A stretch of 63,958 nucleotides of DNA, counting the filler, from Choristocarpus tenellus KU-1152 (taxonomy: Eukaryota > Protista > Phaeophyceae), in NCBI GenBank assembly GCA_964200185.2. It is 11 parts of 11 records of this genome, joined end to end, with 100 filler letters (N's around TTAATTAATTAA, not from the genome) between each part and the next. Parts side by side here need not be neighbours in the genome. Positions count along the whole stretch, not along the records: positions 29,050 to 37,557 come from CAXNAD020004634.1; positions 37,658 to 46,307 come from CAXNAD020004480.1; positions 46,408 to 49,423 come from CAXNAD020022912.1; positions 49,524 to 52,348 come from CAXNAD020024423.1; 7 more parts are not named here. One strand, written 5' to 3'. The position numbers and the translations under genes were made by a program. A model generated the notes under the pieces. The model was not told the origin of the DNA, ran no database searches, and saw only the letters and a list, made by a program, of their open reading frames with translations. Shown piece after piece: positions 36,014-49,580 of this stretch (within the stretch, counting starts at the first letter, position 1; each line of letters starts with the position of its first letter).

Positions 36014-37116
36014 ATTGGTGCTATTTTTTCTCTAGCAGTTGATATCAATCATCATCAGTGGCTGATGATATCCAGAATGTCACCACAACTACTGCACATT
36101 ACTACAAATTATTAATGAGGTGAAGAAGATTGACTATGAATAATGAGGAGTAATGGTGTTGACAACCACAACAAAATCAGAAGAAGGGATGAAGGAGAAT
36201 AGGAAGTGGACGTAACCTATCATAATGTGCGGGCATGTTAGTGTCTGTAGTGTTTGTAGTAGTCGTAGGAGTTGTATTCGTAGTAGAAATTAGTAGTAAT
36301 ATTCGTGGTCCTACAGACTTCCCATTTCATATTGAGTGGTGTGATTGAGCCTCTTCCATGTATTTATAAGTTGTGATGTCAAAAAATATGTCCATTTATT
36401 TTTTTTGTAAGATGACAGGCTGATTACGATGGTTTCCATTTGTTCGCCTCAAATACTAACGTTTATTATTATACTCAAAAATGTTCTATTGACCAAATTG
36501 TAGATACATGTTTCTTTGAAGGGAAGTAGCACACAATGAAATCTGGTTTGGGCAATACACAGAGATCACTCTTGTGGCGTTCTTCAGCTGTAATGCACGG
36601 AATGCAGTGCTGTTTGGAATGCTGCTTGGCTCGAAATGAAGGTAAAGAGTCCTGCGAGGAAATTGACACGCTACCTTTGGACCTGGGACACTTGGCTGGG
36701 ACATCCAACCTCAACTGCTCCTGTCTCCTTGCCGTTGACATAAGGATTGCGGGAGCATAGAAACAACTTGAGAAAGCCCTTTCGATGCCTTCATAGGTTT
36801 TTCAAGCCAATCCTTGCGTATTGCAGTGCTGAAATGGTTGAGAACCGTGTGTGACAGGGTTGTGGTTTTGTGTTGTGCTGGATTTGACAAGAAGATCATC
36901 ATGATTGGCACTTTTCTTGGGCTGTGGGTAAAAAGCGAAGTGTTGCTTGGAGCGAAGACGATCTCTCAACAGATCAACACAGACACAATCTACACCTAAA
37001 CATGTCGTGTTGATATGTCTCCATGGACCAGACCACCCCGGCATCGAAACCATGAAGGGGGAGGAAGATTTAGATGAAGGTCGCCATCTGTTTCCTCCAT
37101 GACTACAGTGCCCATT

Positions 37117-37557
37117 GGGTCAAATTATCTGGGGGGGGGCGTCGGCGTCCGTTTTTCGCCCTTTTTTCGATTTTCACTTTGAGTGAAAGTATCTTAGAGG
37201 GTACGCGTTTTGCCCTGTTTGTCCATTTGAGGCTTGGCTTCCCGTGTTTTTTTTTGTGACACTTTCCTACTCCAAAATGTTTTCGAGTAGTAGTTAAAAT
37301 GTAAATATTATGAAATGGTGTGTCCAGAGAACATGGACATTGATACTTCCTAACAAACAAGATGACCAAAATTGTGTCAAAATCGCAATGTTGGATTTTG
37401 GCCCCCAAATGGACGCGACTCTACCCTCTAAGATACTTTGACTCTTTTTGGTCTGATTTGGTCGCATGTGTCGGATTTGAAATGTCAGGAAAAAAAAAAG
37501 TTATTTGACCGAAACGGATGCCCCCTCACAAACCACCCCCCCCCCAGATACTTTGAC
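37117..37557 (+). mobile_element. Family B MITE interrupted by family A MITE (37181-37444)
   Basis: Removing 37181-37444 restores a sequence matching the 5493-5675 copy. Confidence 0.88.
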
Positions 37558-39899
37558 NNNNNNNNNNNNNNNNNNNNNNNNNNNNNNNNNNNNNNNNNNN
37601 NTTAATTAATTAANNNNNNNNNNNNNNNNNNNNNNNNNNNNNNNNNNNNNNNNNNNNCCCCCCCAGATACTTTGGGTTCACTTACTCACTCTTGTGCCCT
37701 TTCTATCTACACTGGAAGAAACATGTTCTCCTGTTCTTGTAATACATGAGACAAGATACTGGCCATGTCTTGTTTACCTTTAAAAAAAGGTTGACTAACA
37801 TGACTGAAGGGTTAACTATGAGATATTATTTGTCCTGATATAAAATAAAAACCAATATTTTCGGGCGAGAACCAAATCAATTGAGAGGTAGGCAGGTTTG
37901 GATCTTTTTGCATTATAAAATAATCTTTCTACCCTGGCAAAATACTCTATTTCACTGTTTTGTGTACGCAATAGTGTACGCATATTACTAGTCCCCAATT
38001 CCACACGCAAAGTGACATCACAATCAAGCAAAGGCTGCTTCTGCAATTCTACAAAACTATGTAATTTTTCCCTTTCCGGGTGGATTCCTCCAGTCTGCAG
38101 GCGGGTGTCAACTGCCTTTCTAGCATTCTTGGTATCCTCCCATGCATCCGCCTTGAGCCAGATGCTACGTAGTAAGACGAGAAGCTGCGCATTGTCGAGG
38201 TACACAATACATTTCTCCTTACCGTGGCAATATTCCTGGATAACCAGAGTATGCTCTCCGAGTATGCCTGTGGAGCAGGAATGCCAAAATACAGGAGGCA
38301 AGTTTGACTGAACATGTAAGGGGCGAAGCTAGCTATGGAGATGTGTCATGGGTGATGAGGAGCTCTTCATAATAGCGATTTGTTGATGTTCAGTACAAGA
38401 AAATATACTACATAATATTTCCAGGGTTTAGATTTAAATATTAAAAAACACATTTTGAAATATTCAACAATGGACCCAAGGTTAAGATGATCAGTTTAGA
38501 GGGCAATGTGAGTTTGTGTGAATATATAATGTTAGTGCTACAAGGACTTATGGTCTTAGCTCCATTGACTGAGTTCATGAACTTCAAAACCGGTGCACCC
38601 ATTACTCCTCTTGTAGAGTTGGGCTTGCAATCGCCCATCCTAAATATGAATCACTCACTTATTGTCTTCAGTACAACAAGACTATCTAGAACAGAACACG
38701 AATCACTGGACATCAATGAGTCAATGCATCTGGTATATCCATCACTGGCTCTCTATCCTATTCTCTACTCCACCAATGTAGTGTCTCAGCAGTACAATTC
38801 ACGAACATACTCCTTCTGAGAACTTTAGCAAGCTTCTCAATCTGTCAAACTCGTTCAAGTTATGATGTGTTGGAATACCTGGAAAATAATATTCCAAGAC
38901 TAATTGTAACGCCTACGCACTAATTTCGTCCTCTGAATGGTGTTCATACATACAGTATCCTTGGTCTAACCTCTAACACTACTAATAGTAAATAACGGTT
39001 CCACTATGACAATTGTACTGTCATCGCTTACACTGTGCTTCATAAACGTTAAGTTCAGCACTCCCACCCCTCCTCATCCGCCTCCTCCCTCGAATATTCT
39101 CCTGAAACCGCCTCAATATATACCCTTACGCCAGGTGCCAATTTTCAAGTTGCCACAATCTGTGGGAAATTTTGAAATATTGTTAGGAACTCATTCGGAC
39201 AAAAATCAGACCTTGTGCTGTTGATGAGGAAAGTGGGTCATATGATATTTGAATTTTCAATATCCACTGTTTTGGGTAAGTGAATTTTCTTCAAAAGTTC
39301 TTAAGGTTTTGTATATGTCAGTTTGTGTTAAAGGGGTCGTGGGGGGTCTCTATTTTCAAGTGAATCCCGATACCGCGCGCCGCGCATCCGTCGATCCTTA
39401 TCACAACGTTCTTTTGTTGATGTTGTTGAGCGAACTTTCCTCAACGTTGAACCTTAACACTTGATTGTGGGTACCTGGGGCGGGGGCACAACATCTATGG
39501 TGCATGTCACACTTGCGCCGCGTCTGGAGCTACGAGTAGTACGCACACATGGCTTCATCCGCTCCCGCAATGGGTTCATTATAACAGCGCATGCAGGGAC
39601 CTCTGATGCAGTCGTCCCTACATCGAATTGGTGCAGTGTAAAGAATGTCGGGAAGGCGCATCACGGACCTAGGTGTGCAAGTGTGGGCACTAATTCGAAT
39701 CGCTTAAAGGTTACACGTCGAGTTTTATTGAACAGCATGCAAATGACCGAACGCACAGTTGAGTTACAACACCGAACGAGGCAAGGTCGAAACGAGACTG
39801 ATAGTTGTAACCTTTCAGTGTATTGGACGTACAGTTGGTTCTGGGAATTAGTCCTTCTGTAGAAATTATCTTATGTATCTGCAACCCTTCACTGCCTAT

Positions 39900-42800
39900 T
39901 TAGCCTTCGTTCTTCGCAACAGAGAGATGGTGAAGAGAGAGAGGGGGTCATCTCGCACAATGGGTATTCGGTCAAGATTCCCTCTCACTCTAAGGCCTTG
40001 GGTACCCACTCCACCACCTGCACGAGATGCTTCCTCTGCACTCGAGTGCGAATGCCCAAGCCTTAGAGGTAGTGGGGGTCATGGGCATAGTTGGAGAAGA
40101 TGGTGAAGGCCAAGCGTCCACATCTGAGGATAAAATTTGGTCAAATGGGGTGGGGATGGATGTGCCGTACGCCTCGATACCGCGCCCTGGATTCCTGTAC
40201 TCCCCTGAAAACGTAGGTGCGACTGCACTGAGCGGTCCCCCGGCTATCCTGTTCAATCTGTAGGCATGCCTTGGACATTCGTTGTAAGCCTCGGAAAGAG
40301 TACTGCACGCATTGCTGGATGACTCCGAACCCGGATGTATAGGTGTGTCCACGAAAGAGGGAAATGCCTGAAAAGCACTTTCTATCCTTGTTTTCAAGTC
40401 TAGGGTCACTAGCATAGTTGAACGTACAACCTGGTCCACTGAAGACGAAGCAAAATGCCTCCCTCACTGACCGCTAACTCACAGCCAGATAGAGACCCGG
40501 TCCAGTGAACACCTCGCCAAGTCGATGTAGCACCTGCAATGCTTTGATGCAAAGAAGAGGCTGCTGCGCATGGCCTGGCACGTAGACCAACCAGCAGGTA
40601 GGCATGTGTACAAAGGATTGCCCTCCTGATCTCAAAGGAGATCATTCCAGGACTGGAGCTCTTTGCTGAAGTACTGCTTGCAGGGAAGATTTATTTTGCA
40701 ATCTAGGATAACTTGAGGCAGGCAATGTAAGAAACGTACTGTGCTTGTGACTGACTGCAGACCACAAGACTACAACCTTGTGTTGATTGTACTTAAGATT
40801 AGAGGACCATCATCGCTTTATGTTCTTCAACGAAACATCAGTTTACTGAGTGTGTCTCATGTCCGCAGGCTAGACTTCTGAAGGACAGCAATGTACGGAC
40901 AAATATCATGCGTTCCTTGTGTTGTTCGAACTACTATAGTAGTTAATAGTGAATTAATTTTTATTAGCATTTTATTGTGCTTTTCTTTCCAGGTGGGCTT
41001 CTTGCCATGGGCAATGGGGGATGTTTCTTCAAGGAGAGCTGCACCTGCAGTCAATATCCAGTGTTTGTTTCGGGCATTCCCTAGATGGCGCTTGATGGTT
41101 GATGAAGTCAACATCATAAAGTGTTCTCAACACTAACCTGTGCTGAGTCTGGGCCGGATGCCACTCGGGCGTGTCCTATTGCAAGCCTGTTTGTTTAGTC
41201 TTATCCAACAGGATGTGTGCATTCCCTGTAAGTCCAGAGTGCAAACATGCCAATATCAACACTATACTTGTAGCATGTTACCTCTGGTGTCCATGATCTA
41301 CAGACACCGTTTGTTTCAAGGATTGACGTTTCGGCCATAGCATATAAGAATGTGTAGGCATGGTGCTATGCAGTATGATAGAAAGCAAGTCAAAATTGAC
41401 TTCTTTTTTTTCCTTGACACTTCATAAGTGTGATGTTGGTGTGTGTATGTACTCGACCTTTCCAGATAACATGCTAGTAACAAGTTTGGAGTCGGTACCA
41501 CTCTCAACAACCTTGGGAAAATTGCTTCAGCTATAAAACCTTGTCGACAATTACATTATCCCCATTGTCTGAAGGAACCATGATTACAGCCGGGGCTAAT
41601 TGGGTGACGTTTTCTCACGTGCCTTACCCATCTTATTAGTGGGCAGGTGCAAAGGGCCCGACACACTGAAGATGAAAATGCCGTGTTCAACCTTGGAAGT
41701 ATGTACAGTACAATGGTTAGGAATAAAGTAGATTCATGGTACAACTGAGCACATTTTGCCTTGTTCCTTACCTTTTTTTCTCCCCTTTTTGAACATGTAT
41801 GTACTTGCAGGTGTATGAAGTGTGGAAGGGCCTAGAGGGGGAGCAGGTTGAGCCAATAGCAACGGTTGCCGCAGATCTTGATACGTAGCGATGACTACTT
41901 TTTGTAGAAAGAGCTTCCTGTAGCCTGCCTTAGTGCTCAAAGTGTGATTGGAAGTTGCCCCTCTTGTCACTCCCTCTCTTTGACTGTATGGTGGTCCCTG
42001 AGGGATTGGTGCACCTCTTTGACCTGAAGAAGCACACTGCTATGTTCCTGGGGCAGCATGGTATGTGCTTGTTGGCCGGAGTGAGGATGTCAGAAGGTGA
42101 TACGCTCAGTGCGGGTACCCTTCAACCTCTCTCTGGTGAGTACTATTGCCTTGGGCGGGACTGGTAGCCTCTCCTTAAGGGTAGGGACAGGTTTGTGAAA
42201 GGGTTGTGAATTGATGAGGGAATTTACCTTCCTCCCACTTCCTTGCTGGTCTAGGTCCACTAGAGTGGTACAACGTAAGTATCAGTGGCATTCCGTGATC
42301 ATTCCTGTTCATATCACTTGCACTTGTTGCGATCCTCTCAGTCATAAAGTGGGAACTGCAGTAAATCTCGAGCAGCAGGTTGTGGAGGTGGGAAAGGCAG
42401 AGGAGACATCTATGCCAAGTCTGGCAGGTCGGCTGTTCACAGGGAAGATGCAACGAGCTGAAGGTTGTGATACTTCCATTGTGTGACTGTTTATTATGGG
42501 AAGCTCTCTGAGAAAATTCTGACACCCTTGTTGGACTGTTCCCTAACCCAAGAATCGGAGGTCAGGTTGCGTTTAGTGTTCTTGTTCTGGTGGTCACACA
42601 TGGCACGACACTGGCTCAAAGTATCTGGGGGGGAGGGGGGGTGTACACCAGGGTGTCCATTTGGGCCCTCACCAGGAAAAGTGCTCTTGCATTATCCATC
42701 CAACACATGCAACCAAATCACCCAAAAATTGCGACTTGAAAAAATAGGGACCAAAAGGACAGCCGCCGCCCCCCCCAGATACTTTGAGTCAGTTTTGATT

Positions 42801-43330
42801 GGTATATTAGAATGATGAGTTGAAACATTTGCTCTTTTTTTATCACACCTGGTATGTACTCTTTGCAATGGTGTAATACAACCATGTTACTCTCCAAATC
42901 TGGACGATGATGGAATCTTTCTGCCACCTCTGCAAGCTGATGGGGAGCATCAGGCAGCAGGATTGCTGTGGATTCTTCGATCTTGCGGATTTTTGTCAGA
43001 GTCGTGTAAAGAGGAATAGCAAGAAGTCAGTGGATTAAGGTGTCATCTTGTTGTCTGTATGCTCCCAGGAAGGCCATCAACAGCAACAAGGTTGATATTG
43101 GAGTGAAGGGAGTCAGGCAGACAACGGCCACATCACCTTTCACCAACCTGCCCTTGCATTGTAACACCTGCCTCACTCGTGGGCAATCAGTGTTCACACA
43201 GAAGCATGTCATGCATATTCATGTATGGATGGTTCATGGTGGGCTCACTAGTGCTGAGGGGAGAAGACATCCTACCCTCCAAAATACTTAGAAGGTGCCT
43301 CAGGAAGAGAAAACACTGGTAATGGGAAAG
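39900..43330 (+). pseudogene. Decayed, probably transposon-derived gene with C-terminal Cys/His motifs
   Basis: Stop-interrupted frames; ends with DCCGFFDLADFC...VSSCCLYA...ATSPFTNLPLHCNTC...KHVMHIHVWMVH; interrupted by the MITE at 42613. Confidence 0.4.
42613..42790 (+). mobile_element. MITE family B
   Basis: GGCTCAAAGTATCTGGGGG ... CCCCCAGATACTTTGAGTC. Confidence 0.85.
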
Positions 43331-46021
43331 GGGTGTGATGCTGGGGGTGGCAGACTATAGAAGGATGTCCCATCTATGGGCAGGCAGAAGGGTTTAAGGG
43401 CTTTGGGTGGCACGGCTAGTTTTGGCACAGTGCTCTAGCAGTTGTACAGATGTATAGAGTACTGTTTACAGTAGATTGAGTGTAAGTCTAATCTAACGTC
43501 CTACAATGGTGGAGCAAAATAGTTTTTTTTATCACCAAAGGCAGAGAAACAAGTCTTGTGACCAGGACTGGGGATTGCTTTATGAAAGAAAGTAACATTA
43601 CATCGTAGTAACGAATACATGGGTTCTAGTATAATAATCCTTAATAATCAGTTTACATGTGTTCTAAGGACAGTTGAAAGTGAACTACCACAGTAAGTTA
43701 TCATGAATCTTGTCAATATTTGACGAGAAACCCCTTCTTTCGAAATTTCTCATGATTTTTTCGTGCTTTGAGCGATTTTAATTGTGCGGGATGGTGGGAA
43801 CTACACTTGTTCCTTAATTTGAATCCCTGCAACTTCTTTCTTTACATAATTTTGGTAGCATTTTCGAATTTTCTGAAACTCATTGTTAGGTCTTGCCTCC
43901 ACTCACCTAACTCAATACACCCCTACATGATGTGAAGAATAATATTGTTTGTAAGAGTTTCCCTCCTGTCACAAGGATTAAATTGTCCCACATCTAATTA
44001 TATTAATGTTGGCGTTACATCTCATTCCATATTCACTATACTACCACCAATATAAAATTGTACTGTTCCAAAAAAGATCCAACCTTAATATTTGTCCGGG
44101 TTTTTTTTTGCGGTGTTTATTTTATACGATGATTTGGTTATCTCATCTCCCTGTTTATTTTACTCAGTATATCTCACTCATAAATAGTACCGTTTATTCT
44201 ACTGGATAAGATGAAGGCCTTTTCTCGCTGAATATAACTAATACGATATTCCCACAGTCCAGATTCTCCCATTGATCAGAAATCTAAAAACAACCCGAGG
44301 TTTTCCGTTCCATTACAAATTTTTCAAAGAGTTATGGGGAGAGAAAAAGTAGAGTGTTCGGTGGAGGAAGCAAAAAAAATCATTTCCAACTAATCCGAAC
44401 TCGGGAGTCCAATACACTTGAAGAATCCTGAGCCTTTTCGACAATCAGGGGTTGGTGTGCAAGTCTCGATTTGTAGGCGGGGTGGTGTTGGAGTTGTGTT
44501 TGTTGTTGCACAAGTGTTAGTGGTGGGACTTGTGGGTGAGGCGAACAGCACAGAATGTCCGAAGCGGAGCCTTACTATGTAAAAGCGGAGGAGGTGCAGG
44601 GGAACGGGACATACGGTAAGGGGGGATTTGGGGAGTGAACACATCCGATACTCTCGAGATAGGAATTGTCGAAAAATCGACCTGTGCTTTCTTTAGTATT
44701 TCGGTGACCTGCAGCAACAGGTTGTTACATGTGCGTATGGAGCATCTACACCGAAGCCTTTGTTGCCATGCATTAAATGCTGTCGTCCAATCTATCTTAA
44801 CCTCCACTAGGTCGTTCTCAATTCAGTGCAGTGTAGCAGTGAAATGGTCCAAATGATGTGCCATAGCAGCAAGGTAGGTTGTTGGTTTTGTAGTTACAAC
44901 TCCAGCATGCGATGCATTTCGTGAGATTGGGTTGTTCGATTCATGTGTACAGGACTATGCAAGTTTACCTTGGTGACCTCGAGCTACTTTTGGATTGGTT
45001 GGCGTAGAAGAGGAGGATAAGAAGGAAGGAATTTAAGTCCCTTTTAGCTAAAGCGAATTTGTGTTTGCTTAAGGTGGCTGTGGGGTCACGTGGGGAGGTC
45101 CAGCACAGCGGTCACGGATATATGTGAGACTTGTACAATTCGGCGAGGGAGAGGACAGATGTTGGGAGGGTTTTATTAGGTGTTACAGAAAACTGTCTAC
45201 CATGGGGAAATGGAGGGTTTCCAGTAGAGATTCGTCGTATTTTTGCTTAGCTCCAAGAGGTAGAAACTGCTGTTCTAGGACGCATTGTGGTGTATTGCGG
45301 GTTGGGGGCTGGTATGAAAGAGCCTGTGCCGTAAAATGAAAGGAATTGTTACCGCATGTTTTTTGCACTCCCCTCTAAGCGCCATATTGAATATGTGTGA
45401 ACGATTTTCGAGTCTTACAGACATGGTTCCGACAGTTTGTGGACCAGACCATTTCCAAGTCGTGTAACAGTATATCTAGAAATAGCCCTATTTTGTGTCG
45501 TTTGGGACTACCATGAGACTGCACTATCACTCTTTGTATATTAAATGAAAGAGGATTGAAAATATCATGCAAGAAATGTTTGCTTGTGATGGATGCGCTG
45601 TTCACCCAACTTTCACATGGCGTGAGTGCGTAGCCAACAACGGAGGGTGCTGTTCTAGATTTTCCAGCCTTTCACTAGCTCCATACCATAACCTTCCTTC
45701 CTTGAGACTTCCGGCAAACAATACTTGAACCGTTATTCAAGATTTGCTTTGTTTTTGTATTCAGCCTTTTGACACTTCCTGTTGGCGCGCATGGTGCATG
45801 AAAAAAAAACATCACCAACATAAGAGCATACATACATATTTTTTTACCTCCCGGAATGTTTCAGGAACATTCTTGTTTTTTTTGTTTTTTTTCCCGTCAA
45901 GGGCGTGCTGAAAAAAGGCAAAAGCACGCGTTCAACCGATACAGACACAACTCTCTCTCTCCCTCTCTATAAAGATGCGCAAAGCTCACACCACCGCCTG
46001 AATCGAAACACTTGCGGACAG

Positions 46022-46270
46022 ATAACGGAGCGGCCCCACAGGCAACAGCGTACGCCGTTGCCACGCCATCAGCTGGTGTGATTGCTCAGCCGTACCAGGG
46101 TGTGCCTGTTCGAAACCAACCGCAGTTTGGGCAACCGGTGACCACTGTGCCATCCGGGGTCGCCTCTGGGTACCCATCACAGCCCTTCCCAGATGGGCAG
46201 CAACTGCCTCCTGGGGGTTATCCTTATGGGGCGGCCGGGGGGGGTGTGATCATTGCCGTGCATGGTGAAG
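46022..46270 (+). CDS. Exon encoding a P/Q/G/Y-rich low-complexity segment of an unknown protein
   Basis: DNGAAPQATAYAVATPSAGVIAQPYQGVPVRNQPQFGQPV...PPGGYPYGAAGGGVIIAVHGE, then a strong donor AAG|GTGAGT; 5' boundary uncertain. Confidence 0.6.
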
Positions 46271-47541
46271 GTGAGTTATTGTTTGTTGGTTGGGTTTTTT
46301 TTTTGCTNNNNNNNNNNNNNNNNNNNNNNNNNNNNNNNNNNNNNNNNNNNNTTAATTAATTAANNNNNNNNNNNNNNNNNNNNNNNNNNNNNNNNNNNNN
46401 NNNNNNNTGCTGAAGGGGTGCGAGTGGGTGGAAGGGGGGTGGTGGTTTTTATTCGTTGGGGAGGAGGGGTGCGGGGGGGGGGGGGGGGGGGGGTCTACTA
46501 TCTATCCCTTTGCTACAAAAATGTACCACTGTAACTTACCCTCTTGAGTGCACAGTACCGGCTGTGCTCGGTCATAGTATCCCAATACACAAATACATAT
46601 ACATATATATATATATATATTCCCCATTTTGCCTTCATTGCCTCTGAAACAACGTTTCAAAATAGAAAAACATACACCCTAGTGGGACACTACTCCCTGA
46701 TCTGGAAATTTCTGAAATTCCACCCAAGTAAGAAATAGGGCGTGGGCAGGGGAGAGGAATAAACCTGGTCCATTTACCCCCGTATACGGTACAACTTATT
46801 TCATGCACACCTTCAAATGTTTTCGTTCTTATTGGTCATACCGTACTGCCAACTAAATAATAATAATAATAATAATAATAATAAACTACTTAACATGCTA
46901 ATCCTGAAAGGAACCTTGGCATATCCCAAACACTCGGCAGAGCCAAGATGTGCCAAATGTGTCCCTCCGGTGGTACGATTTAAAATACAAGAACGCCTTC
47001 AAATGGAATCTTGCAGGACTTTCGTTTGCTGGGGGAGACCCTTCTGCAATGACTTGGGCATCAAACGTGGATTAATTTCAAGAGTTGATCGTGTCAGCGA
47101 CACGTGCCTTTTTTTTTCTTTCTCCCCCCATCCAATCAATCTCCTCCAGAACACACACACACACACAAAAAAAAGCCTGCCGGGAAGACAAAACTATTTG
47201 GGGGGGAATCCAAGATTCAATACAGCAGCAACATACATATTGAGATAAAACTTTATGTTTTTTCTCCAACATGTTGCTGATCAAACTCAAGGACAGGAAC
47301 AGCGTCTTGCGTGCCAACAAAACAAAACAAAACAAAACAAAATAAAATGCAGGTAGGCACCACCGTAAGCTTTCCGATGGACCGATCGCTGCTGGTCACT
47401 CTCCAAGTCGATTCAGAACCTCCTCAACACCGACCGTCAAGAACGCCTTCACTGATTGATAAGAAGTCTTCTAACACAGCACTGGAGCGACCTTTCAGTG
47501 AACATGCACCAAAGATCAGAACAATTTAACCTCACCTTTTT

Positions 47542-47945
47542 TTCACAGAGATGTATTTTACTATCCCCCCCCCCTCCCCCCCTCCCCCATTGAACATACA
47601 ACAAATAATTTCTAAGAATTTGTCTGAATTAAAAAGTACTACAATATTCTAGAAATTGTGTAATATATTTCTACTATTTATCTTCACAGAGATGAATTTT
47701 ACTGTTCCCCCCCCCATTGAACATACAACAAATATTTTCCAAGAAATAGTCTGATATTAAAAAGTACCACGATACTCCAGAAATTATGTAATATATTTCT
47801 CCTAACTTTTTTTATTTCACAGAGATGAATTTTACCGCCTTTCCCCCCCATTTAAGAACATCCAGCAAACAATTTCCAAGCATTAGTCCGATTTTTAAAA
47901 ATACCACAATATTCTAGAAGAGAGACATGTTCATTTTTCTCCTAA
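47542..47945. repeat. Three tandem ~137-bp units
   Basis: TTCACAGAGATG(A/T)ATTTTAC...CCCCCATT...AAAAGTAC...TTCTAGAA at ~47542, 47684 and 47816. Confidence 0.88.
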
Positions 47946-48265
47946 TCTTCCATCAAATATAAATAAACAAATGAGACCTCGCGCCGTAGCCTCTCTCCTC
48001 GGCTCCTACTCAAAAAGTGTTCCTGTTCCTCCATTAAAAGCACCTTCCTCCATTTGCTCATACCCTCTTCCCCCACATTAGACCCCGTTTCAGGTGAGCC
48101 TCCCAAAAGTAGGGAGCGTCACTATTACACCCAATTGTGTACAATCAGTCACTAGACGACAATGCAAACATGAACGCCTGCGCAAGGGACACCCACCAAA
48201 AAAGGGGGAAAAGTGCAGTCAAAAATCAGAGAGCAATTTACCCAACCCCAACAAACAAACAAGTA

Positions 48266-48303
<38 letters not shown>

Positions 48304-48448
48304 TATATATCCCAGATGATTATTGCAATCATTTACTGAAAAAAAAAAGAATTTAAACATCACACCGTACACACCACTACGCTGCAGCATCCCCCGAAAG
48401 CGATATTAGCGCTCCATAGCGCCACTGGGCTATCTCTTCTCTTCTCAC

Positions 48449-48575
48449 CTGGAATTCCTGAAGGAGTTATCGCTGGCCTCGCAGGTGTGTCCCTCCAGAA
48501 GGGGGTGATCCTCTTGAAAGGCATCCCTCAATCCGGAAACGCTCCGCTGCAGAGTGTACGGCAGAGACAATGGAC
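48449..48575 (-). CDS. Probable exon of an unknown gene (frame uncertain)
   Basis: Bounded by TGCAG| and CAG|GTGAGA; the fully open frame reads GPLSLPYTLQRSVSGLRDAFQEDHPLLEGHTCEASDNSFRNS. Confidence 0.4.
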
Positions 48576-48971
48576 CTGCATTCAGATCAGTCTACAAGCA
48601 CAACAACGGCGTGGGGGATTAGGGGGGGGGGGGGGGGGGGGGGGGGGAAAAAAAAAAAAAAAAAAAATAAAAAAGAGAAAGGGGAACAAAAAAAAAAAAA
48701 AAAAAGGGAAGGGGAGGGCGACGACAGNNNNNNNNNNGGGCGGAGTGTGTGCGTTGGTGGGGGAGAGGAGGAGGGTTGTGGGGGGGTGGGGGGGGGGGGG
48801 GGGGGGGGGTGGGGGGTATTTACAAGAACAACAATTTTTAAACGAGTAGACATCGCGGAAAAAAACAAAAACTGTTGAAGACAGGGGGAATCCATTGTCC
48901 TAATTAATCCTTAGCAACTTGAGAAAGAAAAGTAATCGGTGCATACACACTGTGGAACGACAGGGGGCTGC

Positions 48972-49158
48972 TTAGGTAGGGTAGGGTTAGGGTAGGGTAG
49001 GGTTAGGGTAGGTGTAGGGTTAGGGTAGGTGTAGGGTGGACGCTCTTCAGTGGAACAACAAACAAACATTTTCTGGGCGATACGCCTCACTCAAAGAGGA
49101 TGTAAGGGTTAGGAGATACTTGAGTCTCTTTAGGGTTAGGGTTAGGGTTAGGGTTAGG
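48972..49158. repeat. Interstitial telomere-like tracts (TTAGGG/TAGGG variants)
   Basis: TTAGGTAGGGTAGGGTTAGGGTAGGG... and (TTAGGG)4; similar tracts near 10000, 15735, 15890, 20080, 20130 and 61649. Confidence 0.8.
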
Positions 49159-49379
49159 CGAGGTGGCATGTGCGTATCGTTCTGTGCTCTGTTGTGTGTG
49201 TGTGTGTTTGTGGGCAGCGGACTTTAAAAGGGGACGTCTCAAAAAACGTTAAAGTCTGCCTGCACGTATTGGTGCTGACACTTTGCATGGAAGGAGGCTG
49301 CAGCAGGGTGGACTTTATCTCGACGAGGTCTGACGTTAAAATGGATGAATGTCACTCTGCGATCCATTCGAACCCCTCC

Positions 49380-49423
<44 letters not shown>

Positions 49424-49542
49424 NNNNNNNNNNNNNNNNNNNNNNNNNNNNNNNNNNNNNNNNNNNNTTAATTAATTAANNNNNNNNNNNNNNNNNNNNN
49501 NNNNNNNNNNNNNNNNNNNNNNNGGGTGGGGGGGAGGGGGGT

Positions 49543-49580
<38 letters not shown>

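Noticed and set aside
36475-37053. Overlapping ORFs on both strands
   Set aside because: No consistent splice model or recognisable motif.
39326-39350. TTAA-AGGGG start resembling a Kolobok terminus
   Set aside because: No matching opposite terminus identified in the contig.
48972-49158. True chromosome end
   Set aside because: The tracts are short, degenerate and flanked by unique sequence on both sides, so they are interstitial.
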